Below are positions 13,445 through 25,558 of a stretch of DNA of 64,000 nt, piece by piece. The position numbers and the translations under genes were made by a program. This DNA comes from Phoronis australis. Taxonomy: Eukaryota; Animalia; Phoronida. Every line of letters starts with the position of its first letter. Within the stretch, counting starts at the first letter, position 1. Under the pieces are notes generated by a model. The model worked only from the letters and a program-made list of their open reading frames with translations. It did not search any database and was not told the DNA's origin. The stretch is from positions 132,010 to 196,009 of the forward strand of contig NMRA01000398.1 of the NCBI GenBank assembly GCA_002633005.1, in the 5' to 3' direction.

Positions 13445-14223
13445 TGTGCGCCGTACGAGAGTATGGAATGATAGTGAGGAGCACACGATTCGGTCGGGAG
13501 CCATACTTGGTGTGGCATACTTCAGTCACGGAATCATGTTTCTACCAAACACAAAAGCGGCGCCAAGAAGAAGGACTCGTCATTTACATAGTGAGCTAGT
13601 GTATTTTCCACATTTTATAAATAATAAACAAACCGTTTCCATTCTAGGACGAGTGATACCTGATACACCGGCTCAGATCGAGTGCTACGACATGTAGACC
13701 TATGCATTTTGTTTACTAGACCGTGCAAATTCTATCATGGCAACAGTGAATATTAGTGACCCAGATTTAATGCCTGGCCTTTGTCAGTGGTTATTATTTA
13801 CTGAAAAGTGTCTATTTTGTGAATATTGACCACCAATTGGTTCAGTTGGTCGGGCTCATATGTCTGCAGCAACTTTGTCGAGTACATATAGTGTGTGGTC
13901 TCAAAGCCGACGAAATTCGCTACGTGGGAAATGGAATTCGTTGTCTGATTCTTCTAGAACTTGAGTTTATACAATCTCCTCTCTGTCTGGGTAATAACTG
14001 TCCAGTTCTTGCTCAAAATCGTCCTCGTCTTCTGTTTGTGACCAAACGCCTCCCACCACCCATTGGATCCTTTGGCGGGAAACTTGGAAATCACACATAT
14101 CCTTCAAATTTTGAAAATTCGGGACTTTTTGGTGTGAAGTGTTGATTCAGTTATATTTTATGGTATTCATTTCAAATATCTAACTGAAACCTCAAAAAAT
14201 AAGGAAATGCATGTTGGGAACTC
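13445..14223. mobile_element. Old interspersed repeat, copy 2
   Basis: Homologous to 91-900 in the same orientation; it probably extends left to about 13250. Confidence 0.75.
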
Positions 14224-14290
14224 AAAGGTCGTCAAGCCACGTGATGGACTAATTGTGATTAGTTACTGTCAAAACTCCAACTTTAATGAT

Positions 14291-14877
14291 GGGGCGCATC
14301 ATGAAAATTGGAGTTTGAATTTGAAACCTCGCGATTTCATTGGTGTTTGTAGCTCAAACCTAGGGGCCTGTAAATGCAAGCTTAGAATAGAAACTCGTCT
14401 CTGTAAAGCATCACGTACTCGAGCACAAAGTTAGAGACATTTATCTTGAGCTCGTACTAAAGCAGGAGGGCCGAACAAAGTAAAAAATTATTTCGAGTAC
14501 GACCAGAGGTCCGTTTCACTTACATGTAGGCCGAAATCGGGCTAACTTAAGACCAAAATGCATTAGCCAATTTTACTGACACTTCTTTGGACGAAAATTA
14601 AGAACGAAATCTAACTTGAAGGCAAGAGCGAAAATTAGCTTGTTGCGGGGTAGTGTCGAGATTGAACTTCTGGTAAATTTTTGGCTATTATCAACGTAAA
14701 CTGTTGAGGAACAAATTTCAGTCTAACTTAGACTTAATTTCTAAGCTTAGACTGAAGACCGAAACCTGACAATGTGTTCGAGAAACGCTCCTTCCTGAAT
14801 TTTCGTCCATGATCTTCATTAAGACAAATATTTAAACATAAGTCTTAGATTTTGAGTCAGTTTTCATGACATGGTCC
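14291..14877. mobile_element. Degenerate PIF/Harbinger-like MITE
   Basis: Ends ggggcgcatcatgaaaattg / cagttttcatgacatggtcc, with internal cttaag/cttag words. Confidence 0.45.
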
Positions 14878-15191
14878 TAGAAGCTGTGTTTGACAAAATC
14901 ATTCTACCTTGATTGACATACACGTCGGGACGATGATCTACTAACAAGAAATGGCGTCTTCTTCCTCAACGCGATCATACAAAGCTACTGAATTAGCATA
15001 GCATAGCATAAGTTATTGTGCCATATTCTTCATTGTCATCCTTTCACATTTCCATCAACTTTCCGGTCGGGTGGCTGAAAGTGTCCGCGTGTTACTGCGA
15101 CACTGGTTTGTCACATGTCTCCCACTAACACAAATCTGAGGACTAGCCAAGTGACGGTCTCACGCATTACGTCACAATTACATGTACTTAC

Positions 15192-15311
15192 CGGTATCTT
15201 GTACACCTGAAATCCCAGTCCAAGCAAGATGTGGTATAACTTGACCTGTATGACTGTGAGTACGATTCTTGAACGTAATATGTGCAGACGCTGTTCGGAA
15301 CGCCGTTCAAG
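15192..15311 (-). CDS. Exon 2: EMI domain N-half LNGVPNSVCTYYVQESYSQSYRSSYTTSCLDWDFRCTRY(R)
   Basis: Acceptor tcttcttcag, donor gtaagt, 120 nt, phase 2/2. The pattern resembles the MEGF10/Draper EMI domain (PNxVC...VQESY...TSC..W.RCTR.R). Not the frame shown in the ORF track. Confidence 0.92.
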
Positions 15312-15970
15312 CTGAAGAAGACACAAGTTATGTACAAACGGGGGTGGACGTAATTGCTGCGTCACGTGCCTTTGCTAGCCAAGCAATCACTTAATTTCTT
15401 TCCAGCAAGGCCTGTCTCACTCAATCCATAAGTTAGGTTAATTTGCACATCAGACAGGCCCCTGGTGTCACCCCCGTCAGCTGGAAGCTTGTTCTATCTA
15501 CGCTGTAACTAATTGCTAACAAAATAAGTAACTACTGTACATTTCTATCTACAATGGGATATTGTTCCCCATTCAAGTTTCAGAATATGACGACCAGTAT
15601 TTGTAACGGAAAACTATTCATTCCTGACGAAGTAAGCAAATCTTTAGTTCCGACGTAATCTACAACTGTAGTAAAAGCCCTGGTTAAAACCGAACACGAG
15701 GTCGACAAGTGAAGGTAACATTCTATTTTCAAAAAAGTTCATGATGGGGATGATGTACTGGGGCGGGGTGCATTTCTGGGAGATACGAGACGGGAGAGAG
15801 AGTTCGAATGCACAGCAAACATATAAGGCCGTTCTTGTTTACTTTCTATACCCAGGTATGAATGTTTGGAAAATGTTTACGAAATTTCTTTATTGGAGTA
15901 TATGAACATGATCATTGGCCACTAGTATAACAAAAACATGATAGTAAATTGTAAGGTGCGCGAAAAACTA

Positions 15971-17075
15971 GGGTCCGTGCTCTAATTTTTTTACTCGAAA
16001 TCGAACTCGAATTTATTTTTGGCATTTTCTATTTATTTATTTATTATTGTGATATTTAAAATGAGGGTGGCCTCTTCAGTGATAGCACTGCTTTCTAAGA
16101 GGGCCCTCAACAAGAAAAACAGTAATATAATACAATGAAGTAATAAAACAACAATGAAATATACGTAACAAAGATACAATTAAAACAAGTAAGGTTGAGA
16201 ATTAAGACAATAACTAAATGACAAATAATGGCAAAAATTTAACTAAGACAGATGAAATAAATTAAGAGATGACTCTAGACAATGAGAGTTTTTACGACAA
16301 TGAAAAAATGACATGATTAAGACAGGCGGGGTATAAAAGGTTAAGTAAATTACTGCCACTTTTTAATATTAATTTTAAAGGTAGTAATTGAATTGGACCG
16401 TTTAATTTCTGGGCTAAAAGAATTCCTTATTATAGCAGCTGCATAGATAAAAGATCTCTTGCCCGTCTCGGTTTTAATTTGTTTAGAAGAAACATTGCCA
16501 GCAACAGAAGAACGTGTAGAATAAACAGCCTGACTGCTATTGAATTTACTGCTGAGATATGTTGGAGCCAAGCCATTGATACATCTGTATATACAACAGG
16601 CAGAGAAATATTTATTTCTTTGTCTTACTTTCATAAATCTCAGCTTGGAATACAAGTCGTCAACCCTAGTGTCCCTAATTTTAGTCCCCAAGATAGCCCT
16701 GGCGGCTCTAATTTTCATTACTTGGACTTTGCTGACAAGTGTGTCACTAGTGTGCCCCCAAACCGGTAAACAATAATCAATATTAATCTATTTTTGCGTG
16801 AACTCAACATAAATGTCCATTATTCTATGTTCGACTACACAGTAGCTTAAGTGGACAACCTCCTAATCCAAGTTTGCACTTGATGACCCCAGCATTAAGG
16901 CTTAAAGTTCGAGTCTCAATTTGAAATTTCGAAGTTTTCCTCGAAATCTCGGGTTTTAGTAGCACGAATCTGGGAACATCAAGTGCAAACATAGACAAGA
17001 AACTCTTTTGCCTAATCTTTAATGCACTGGAGCACACACCGAGTAGCCACTTACATTGAGTTCGCACGGAACAGA
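15971..17075. mobile_element. MITE family (GGG.CCG..CTCTAAT...CGAACTCGAAA), interrupted by a LINE
   Basis: Homologous to 30024-30421 (its counterpart in the duplication) and to 35874-36274. Confidence 0.7.
16030..16782 (-). mobile_element. 5'-truncated L2/CR1-group LINE (ORF2 C-terminus and 3' UTR)
   Basis: DYC..VWG...RAAR.I...CINGLAP.YL...Y.TR...KTE.GKRSF.Y motifs, a 3' stem-loop (gagggccctc...gaggccaccctc) and an (AAAT)n tail. Absent from copy B. Confidence 0.9.
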
Positions 17076-17919
17076 AGAAATCGGAATTGGATTATGCCCA
17101 AAGGCCTTGGTACACATTGAACCTTTGCAGGAAGTGGTTTTCATCTTGCAAACAATATGGATTTCTGGAGAAACCTGCATTGCACCGCTGACCTTTGCTT
17201 TTCAAAGCGGTATGGAGTAGCTGATTTTCGAAATCGGATTTAAATATATCGCCAGACGCGGTCAGGTCTTTTGTGGACATGCGTTAACGATGTATTTGTA
17301 TTGTTATGCTAAAAGAGAGGTTTCACAAAGGGAAGTGAACGTGAATTATCACGCATATGTAATTTCCGAGTCATACATGTACATGCCGTTGTTGGCTGTG
17401 ACGTAATCCCGTTAGTTTCAGCGCATTTTGCGCGAATGCTTGGAGATTTACGCGAAACTTTTTAATTCTTATCTGGCAAGACATCAATACCATTTTTATT
17501 TTGATAAGGCTCTCAATATTTCTGACTTCCTTGCTTCAGTACAAAATGAATGCGATTTTTTGGTCCATAAATATTCAGAAAGTCAAGCTGAAGGAAGGCC
17601 ATTTTCCAAAATCCTAATTATGTCGGGATTCGCAGGATATCATCGAACTAGAATGGATTTTTAACAGATATGATTTTGTGTTTATTGTTAATTTTTACAT
17701 GACTAATTTACATGCATCTATTTATTTTAAATTGTAAATAAATTACGCATTAAAAGGAGTTGGCCATTTTTCATGAGTTTGTAGAAACGCCGTTTTCACG
17801 TTCAACATGTATTCCTATCCTGCATGTACCTGTAGCAGAATGGAATACAGTAAAATATAATACAATTAAACGAAACATATTTCAATGAAGATTCTGTAAA
17901 ACGTACATGTACCGATTGT

Positions 17920-18930
17920 CCATCAAGTTCCTCAAAGAAAAATACGATGCAGAGCTGAAATTATGAGAGCGAGAAATAACATTGGAAAGTAAAAAGTTGG
18001 AAATGGAAAATAAAGAAAGGGAAGAGAGGCTTGAAATGGAGAAGAAAGAAAGGGAGGGAAGGCTAGCTGTAGAACACAACATGTTAAATTTCATCGCAAA
18101 ATTAACTCAAATTTTTCACTAAATTTAATTGACTGATATGTAATAGATTTTATGAGAAGGAAAATAAAAGAAGTTGCATTCGCAGAGGGATTTGATAGTA
18201 GTTTGTAATCTAGCGAATATGTACTATAATAACTCGACACCCTGAGCTCAGTTATTTGGTTTACGTTTACATGTACTTGCAAGTTCAGGTGAAAATTTAG
18301 GTGTTGCAAACCCATTTTTCTTACCGTAACGTCAATCGTCACACTCAACATATATTTCGATCTTGCATATCTGTAGCAGAACGTAATTCAGTAGAATACA
18401 AATAATTAAAACAATTTTCATTCGGGAGAGTAAGACGTGCCAATTGTCCATGTAAGCAATAAAGTCATCAAAGGTGATTTAACCACTTCGCCATTTACTA
18501 ACCTAACAACAAAAGTGTAGTTTCTAGCAAAAATATTTAACAATCACACAACTGTTTCGGAAAAAAATTCATTCATTTGTTTCAGTGTTTCATTTACTTT
18601 GTGTGTTCGTCTTTCATGACTTCTAAGCATAAAAATTGACTAAAAATTCTTCGATTGACGGTGGGGATAGACCAAATATCTAGATGTTTTTATTTCTATT
18701 AATACAAGTGTGACAGTTGGCCGGCATGGCACTGACAACATAACATTTTCCAACAGTAGGATAATTTTTAAGTCTTGAATTCGAGAAAGGCGAATTACTT
18801 TAAGGTCGGGAAATTCGAAATGGAGAAAAAGAAAGGGCATGGCGGCTTGATGTGGAGAAGAAAGAAAGGGAGGACAGGCTTAATGTAGAATACAACATAT
18901 TAAATCTCATCACATAATTCACTAAACAAT
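17920..18930 (+). mobile_element. Two decayed copies of a coiled-coil C-terminus (FLKEKYDAELKL*ERE...LEMEKKEREGRLAVEHNMLNFI), within a local duplication
   Basis: 17920-18120 vs 18770-18930. Resembles C-termini of Myb/SANT-like accessory ORFs of Harbinger elements (inference). Confidence 0.35.
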
Positions 18931-19041
18931 TGACCAAACTGAATTGACTGATTTTCATTAGATTTTACGAGAACAAAAATATAGAAATTGCATTGACAGA
19001 GTTATTTTTATTTTTTTTTGTAAACTAGTGGACAAGTACTA

Positions 19042-20887
19042 CAATAATGAGATTTATGGCACTCTGACATAAATCCTATTATTTGGGCAAATACCATTAT
19101 AGAGCCCTTCATGCTTCATATCCAACTGCTGGTTAGTTCCTACCAAGTCCGATGGTTGCGCTGTTTGTTCTTTCTCTCCAGCTTCCTGTTGGCCCAGCCT
19201 CAAGCAACAGTACATTCACTCGTAAGTTTTCCTAATTAGACAAGTTTATACCTCTCCCGCCCTCCCTACCCGGGGTACCACAAAATTTCACGTCAACCGT
19301 TTTCTACCTTTACCACGCTCCATCCCTTTTGCCGAACAAAATCTGCTGTTGGTTATTCTTGTTTTTACAGCCACTGCTGGTACCTTCTTAAAGCCCGGAG
19401 CGTGTTACCGTCAGGCAAGAACCGACGTCATTGGCTAGCGACCAGACCTGTACTTGAGCGTCCATTACTGCAGCTTGCTTCTCTCCACCCCGGTCACAGC
19501 TCTCGGCACATACTGAGCCACAACACCACGTTTCTTACAATATCTCTTTTTATCACTCCGGCTGGTCTGCTCACTCAGCTTGTCCGGAACCTGCTTTGCA
19601 GGTTGTTATAGCCCAGTTGGCTGTTTGGTGTACCCACTTGGTACTTTATATGATATTTGCCCATTTGGCAGTTTGTACCCACTTGGTACTTGTTATTGAA
19701 TTTGCCGCTTTGCTCGACCCAGTTGGTAGGCAATCGGCCAATACCCATTTGGTATTATGTACCCATTTGGTACTATGCTAACCTGTGCCACTTAGTATCC
19801 GATACTCAGTTACACTTTGGGTATCGGAAATGTGTGTGTTATCTCTTGTAATTAAGGAACCCATCTGGTTCCTTCTGTGAAATATTTATTTGTAGAGCTG
19901 TGACCCTGAAATTCCCAATACAACTTAAAATATTTATTATTCTTGTTGTTTTATTTGTCCCCAATAATGAGATTTATGGCACTCTGACATAAATCCTATT
20001 ATTTGGGCAAATACCATTATAGAGCCCTTCATGCTTCATATCCAACTGCTGGTTAGTTCCTACCAAGTCCGATGGTTGCGCTGTTTGTTCTTTCTCTCCA
20101 GCTTCCTGTTGGCCCAGCCTCAAGCAACAGTACATTCACTCGTAAGTTTTCCTAATTAGACAAGTTTATACCTCTCCCGCCCTCCCTACCCGGGGTACCA
20201 CAAAATTTCACGTCAACCGTTTTCTACCTTTACCACGCTCCATCCCTTTTGCCGAACAAAATCTGCTGTTGGTTATTGTTGTTTTTACAGCCACTGCTGG
20301 TACCTTCTTCAAGCCCGGAGCGTGTTACCGTCAGGCAAGAACCGACGTCATTGGCTAGCGACCAGACCTGTACTTGAGCGTCCATTACTGCAGCTTGCTT
20401 CTCTCCACCCCGGTCACAGCTCTCGGCACATACTGAGCCACAACACCACGTTTCTTACAATATCTCTTTTTATCACTCCGGCTGGTCTGCTCACTCAGCT
20501 TGTCCGGAACCTGCTTTGCAGGTTGTTATAGCCCAGTTGGCTGTTTGGTGTACCCACTTGGTACTTTATATGATATTTGCCCATTTGGCAGTTTGTACCC
20601 ACTTGGTACTTGTTATTGAATTTGCCGCTTTGCTCGACCCAGTTGGTAGGCAATCGGCCAATACCCATTTGGTATTATGTACCCATTTGGTACTAGGCTA
20701 ACCTGTGCCACTTAGTATCCGATACTCAGTTACACTTTGGGTATCGGAAATGTGCGTGTTATCTCTTGTAATTAAGGAACCCATCTGGTTCCTTCTGTGA
20801 AATATTTATTTGTAGAGCTGTGACCCTGAAATTCCCAATACAACTTAAAATATTTATTATTCTTGTTGTTTTATTTGTCCCCAATAA
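19042..20887. mobile_element. Head-to-tail dimer of a 920-bp element (TG...CA unit separated by ATAA/CAATAA)
   Basis: 19042-19961 vs 19962-20881, with only 4 substitutions seen. A paralogous empty site is at about 18221-18250. Confidence 0.9.
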
Positions 20888-21621
20888 CTGCACACACTGA
20901 GCTCATTTGTTCAGTTTACCGTTTATTTTCGCGTTGTCGTAAACTTCCAACGTGAATCGACACGCGGAATCTAAGTGAGTATGAGCGATAATTCATTTCG
21001 CGAAACCTCTTAAGTACCAACTTAACTGCCCGGCCGTTTTAAGTAATCGTGTAGTGAAGTATTAGTAAGCAAAATTTCAAGAATCCTATAATGGAGTGCC
21101 AGGTTAATGAACATAATAGCATTATTTACGTTCCTTCAGTGCTTCTTTTACCTTGTTTATTATACATTACGAAATGACGTCAGTACAACTGTACGTATTC
21201 GGTCAACCTCATGTCTTCGTCATCTGATAGACACACGTTCAATATGGCCTTCTGAGAATGAATGCCCTGTTAAATGAGGCACGAAGCTAAATATTGCGTA
21301 ACTGGACCTCTTATTTCAATGCGAACAATAAACCTATGCGTTTTGAAAAGGAACCCTTCAGCAAAGAGACGTGGCCGAAAACATCAGTTCCCTCTGCCTC
21401 TCAACACACGAGTCCGGGTCATAAAGGGGGCTATTTCATGAGCATTACCCCATAAAATGGATACTTCCCCGACTTTTAAACGGAATCACTTCAAGTTCGA
21501 GATCCCAGCTTTATTTTCCTCCCATTGCTCGCAATCAAGTTAACTTTCTTCTAATTGACTAAAATGCTTGGTTGCTTTCAAGAATAGAAATGTAGAGAAC
21601 TAACACTTTTGAAATTGCCAT

Positions 21622-22833
21622 GGATTCCGGGTAAAGAGATGAAACTGCAAAAGAAGCGTCTACTGCGAAAGTTTAGGGTGTCTCGGATTGACTTAGACCT
21701 GAGAAATTATCTTTCTAGTAGAAATGAGTACAAAAAGTTATGTAAGAATACGAAAACGCGATACTATACCGATAAACAAAGTGAGTTATGTGAGTCAGTG
21801 GGAAATCCTAATAGAGTTTGGAATATTATAAAACAAAGCTTGTCAGAGCCAGTACACACTACAAAGCATGATAATAAAAATATTGCTGAATTGGAGTGGT
21901 TTAGATATTTCAGTAACCTGTTCGGTATTAACAGAACAGAAGGTTGTAGTGAAACTTTTGATGACCTAGTTAGACAGACTCTAGATGAGCACGACTCCCA
22001 GTGTGAGCGTTGTAAGCGCCCACAGAGTGAGCGTGATGTAACCAGTGCCTTTGACATGAATGAACTAAATGACGGTATTAGCGCAGATGAAATAGTAAGG
22101 ACCATTAAGAAACAAAAGAATAATAAATCTACCGGAGAAGTTGGCATACCGGCTGAATTCTATAAGTGCTTCCCTGAGGCCGTAGTAGAACTTCTCCACA
22201 AATTTTTTAATAGAAATTTTGTATAGGTACTGTACGGCTATGGAGAAGTGTGGTTATTTGGGCCAGGCAATAGTGCTGAATTTATTATGCTATTCAAACA
22301 GAGATTACTGGATTGTGGCGCACAGGAATGGCAACTGGAAATAGGTAGCTCAAACAAATATGAATTTTATAGTCTTATTAAACGTGATCTTGTCATCGAG
22401 CAATATGTGAATTGTTTAAGCGCTTATTCAAGAAAAATACTTGCGCAATTTCGGTGTTCAGGTCACTCACTTAATATAGAGAAAGGGAGACATATGGATA
22501 TTCCTAGAGGTGAAAGAATATGCGACATATGCTGTCTGGATGAAATTGAAGATGAGCCTCATTTCATGTGTCGATGCCCTGTTCTTGGAGACCTTAGAAG
22601 AAATCTTCTTCCAGAGCTTGTCAATGTTAACTATTCTCTTGTTAGGTTATTCCAACAGAAAAATCATGACAGCATCCAGCGCCTCGCGTTGTATATTCAG
22701 AAGGCTATGGCTTTAAGAAAAGAACTGCTCTCCCTGTAACTATTCTGAATATACGTTTGAATTTATGTATTTATGTACGAGTAGGCAAAGCCTACGATGT
22801 ACAATAAACATTATTATTATTATTATTATTATT
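21622..22833 (+). mobile_element. Internally deleted RTE-X-like LINE
   Basis: Pre-RT region (EI..TIKKQKNNKS.G..GIPAEFYK) fused to the C-terminal FRCSGHSL.IEKGR...R.C..C..IEDE.HF...CP zinc motif. Followed by AATAAA and a (TTA)n tail. Absent from copy B. Confidence 0.88.
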
Positions 22834-24290
22834 AATTCAGAGTATCAAAATAAAGAAACATTCATGAGCAAAATTCTTCAGTAATTTTTGCTCACATTTA
22901 TATGTGAATCGGTGCCCTGTAGCATCATGGAACTGTCAAGCGTAGGGTCTCAACTGTTTCCTACAAATCTTTTCGTATTTGTGTCAATATTTGTTAACAT
23001 CTGGAATCTTTTGTCCGTCAATTTATCGTTATAATGAGTTTCTCTTTGACTAATGAAATATTTTGTGTTTTGAAAAGAGTTTTCAGTGATATTTTAGGTG
23101 TCAAAACTAACTTAATGAAATATATTTGAATTGTTTCAGTTGTTGTTAAGTGCCAACAGAAATGTGATATTGTTAGAGTAAAGTTGTAGACTTTGATGAT
23201 TTATTGGGCTGTTATATATGTGCTCAATTGAATTGAGAGGTGGAAGAGCCGAGTGTCGATATATTTCTGCTCAAATGAATTGTTGCAACAAAGTTTCAAA
23301 GGCAGAATAAAAACGGCTCAAAAATAAATGTAAACGCAAACAACTCACTTACATACAGTGCAACACAAAAAGAGACCCTGGACTTGGATGGTTTCAGTTT
23401 AGGATGTTGACGAAAATACTGACTACATATTCGTTTTCAAAACTAAATTAAGTTAGAAACAACGACCTTGCTCCTTTTGTGGACCAACTAAATATACTTT
23501 TGAAGCATTCATTTAGGAACAGTGAAACACAGAACTTATTTTGGACAAGGCTAAATAACGAAATTTTAAGCCAACTTCATATGTCGGCTCACTGTCTCAC
23601 AAAAATGTTGTCTAGAGCTTTTCTGGTAAACAAAAAACTTCTAAAAACACCATTTTGCTATTGGGTAAACATTTTTTATTGCCAGAAGTTTCTTTCGAAA
23701 ATTTTGTTCTTGAGCGCAGTGGTCAAATCCATCGAACAATACCATTTAAGTGAAAAGCACAGTGCTCGGAAAACTCTAATTTAGATCTTAGAAAAGAAGT
23801 GGTGCAACTTTGAAACTAATTATGTAAGTAGCCAGCGGGATTCGGTGTGCGTGCGCGTGCGTGCGCATGTATGATTATGTCCTTTGCAAGAATGTTTTTT
23901 CTTCAATAAATATATCAAAAAATTTCCAGGGAGTGGAAAGCAAGGAATTCCGGTTTTACTCAGGCCGAATGACGTTTTCGAAACTTGTTCAGTAAGTGAC
24001 CACTTACTTCCAGTTTCAACGACTTGTATCGACTCAAATTAATGAAAATACTTTTCGTAGTGACTAAACAAACTTAAAAGGTAACGCTCAACCCAAACTC
24101 GACTGCTTGTAGTTCCCCGGCCGCCCAATCTGAATACAGAGATTTCAAAGGATATGCAAGTCGGACAAATTATTTTAGACACCTCCGAAACTAAAATTTC
24201 CAATTTTGTCCCGAACTAAGTTTAGTTATACAGAATTTCCCACCGACAAAGACGTTCACTTGGATTCCATTGTGGCACAAGATTGTCCGA

Positions 24291-25558
24291 TTATTACTCT
24301 GCGCGTGTAAGCGCAGAGTACTGTTGTTCTTGGGTTTTCTTCAATTTTATTGTTCTTCTTATTCTTCTGATTCTTCTTCTTATTCTTCTTCCGACCAACT
24401 TTGAGGCTTAATAACTTCAAATTGGGTGCAGGTACGGTCTTTAAATTCAGCATATAACTTATGACAGTATATAAATTTTGATTGGTTATATAATCATATT
24501 CTACATTGCACCGGAAGAGGTCGTTTGGTGCAAAGGTCATATAATTTTCAAAATGCTACTCCTCCTTCAGTTTTAAAGGTATCTTTTTCAAATTCGGTGC
24601 ACAGGTATATGTCAACATGACAATTTTAAAAAAAACTTTTCTAAGTAATCGGGTCATCCAATCAGGTGAAATAGGTCAAAGGTCTTTAGGTGCAAACTAA
24701 AATTTTAAGCTAGACACTTCAAATTGACAGGTCTGATTGCCACAGGTAAATAAAATCGGAATCCAGAGTTTCAGGTCATTTAATGTAAACGCGGGGTCAT
24801 TAGGTGCATTTTTCGTCTGAAAATTTGACCTTTTGAATCAGCAAGTATTCTGATGTGTCAACCGTTAGACAACTGTGATTCTTAGCGTTAAACACATTTT
24901 CCATGGGCTTTGCAATAATTCTCCTAAAGATGCTTAAAATGCACCGGATAAGGTCAATTAGTGCAAAGGTCATGTAACGTTCAAAATGTTATATCTCTTA
25001 CGTTTTTCAAGGAATTCTTTTCAATTTTAGCACACTGGTGTAAGTCAACATGCCAATTAAATACCCTACTTTACTTCGCAATAGGCCTAACCAATCAGAA
25101 AAAATAGGTCAAAGGTCATTGAGTGCAAACTAAAATGTTGAGCTAGAGACTTCAGAATTACGTATCTGTTTACTAAGTGCGATTGAGTATGAATTCTAAA
25201 TTTTCAGGTCATTTGGTGCACCCATGGGGTCATTAGGTGCATTTTTCTTCTGAAAGTTTGACCACTTCATTCATCTTGTATTCAGAAGTGCTTGAAGTAA
25301 GACATCTGCGATTATTAGCATTAACCATACTTTTAATCGATTTAACAATTACTCCTTCATCGGGGCTCATAATGCAACGGAAGAGGTCAATTAGTGGAAA
25401 GGTCATCAAAAAATTAATATGTAATTTCTCTTACAATTTTAAAGAATTCCTTTTCATATTGGTAAACGGGTTGCTGTCAGCAACTTCCCATAATAATTCC
25501 AGTAATACGCACGCGCAGAGTCCGTTATTGTCACGCCGTGACAATAATCTAGCTAGTT
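24291..25558 (+). mobile_element. Helentron-associated (HINE/DINE-1-like) non-autonomous element
   Basis: 5' subTIR tactctgcgcgtg with adjacent IR gcgcagagta, a TTC microsatellite and ~434-bp internal tandem repeats. 3' subTIR cacgcgcagagt, hairpin ttattgtcacg-c-cgtgacaataa and a CTAG-TT end. Empty T-rich site in copy B at about 33218. Confidence 0.85.

Noticed and set aside
13294-13471. Cys-rich plus-strand frame (GCKVCRQPPDSNMKGCVCGDC...) as an exon
   Set aside because: An in-frame TAA lies between it and the nearest good acceptor, and it overlaps a decayed repeat.
15111-15365. ORF-track proteins at 15111-15365, 2562-2834 and 8979-9167
   Set aside because: They overlap real exons but in the wrong frame; splice phases and Cys patterns support other frames.
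19600-19790. CRISPR-like array of palindromic repeats
   Set aside because: The repeats are short, irregularly spaced and degenerate, the context is eukaryotic, and there are no cas genes.
19402-20701. Duplicated small ORFs (69 aa, 61 aa) as genes
   Set aside because: They are by-products of the 920-bp dimer, with non-ATG starts and no recognisable motifs.
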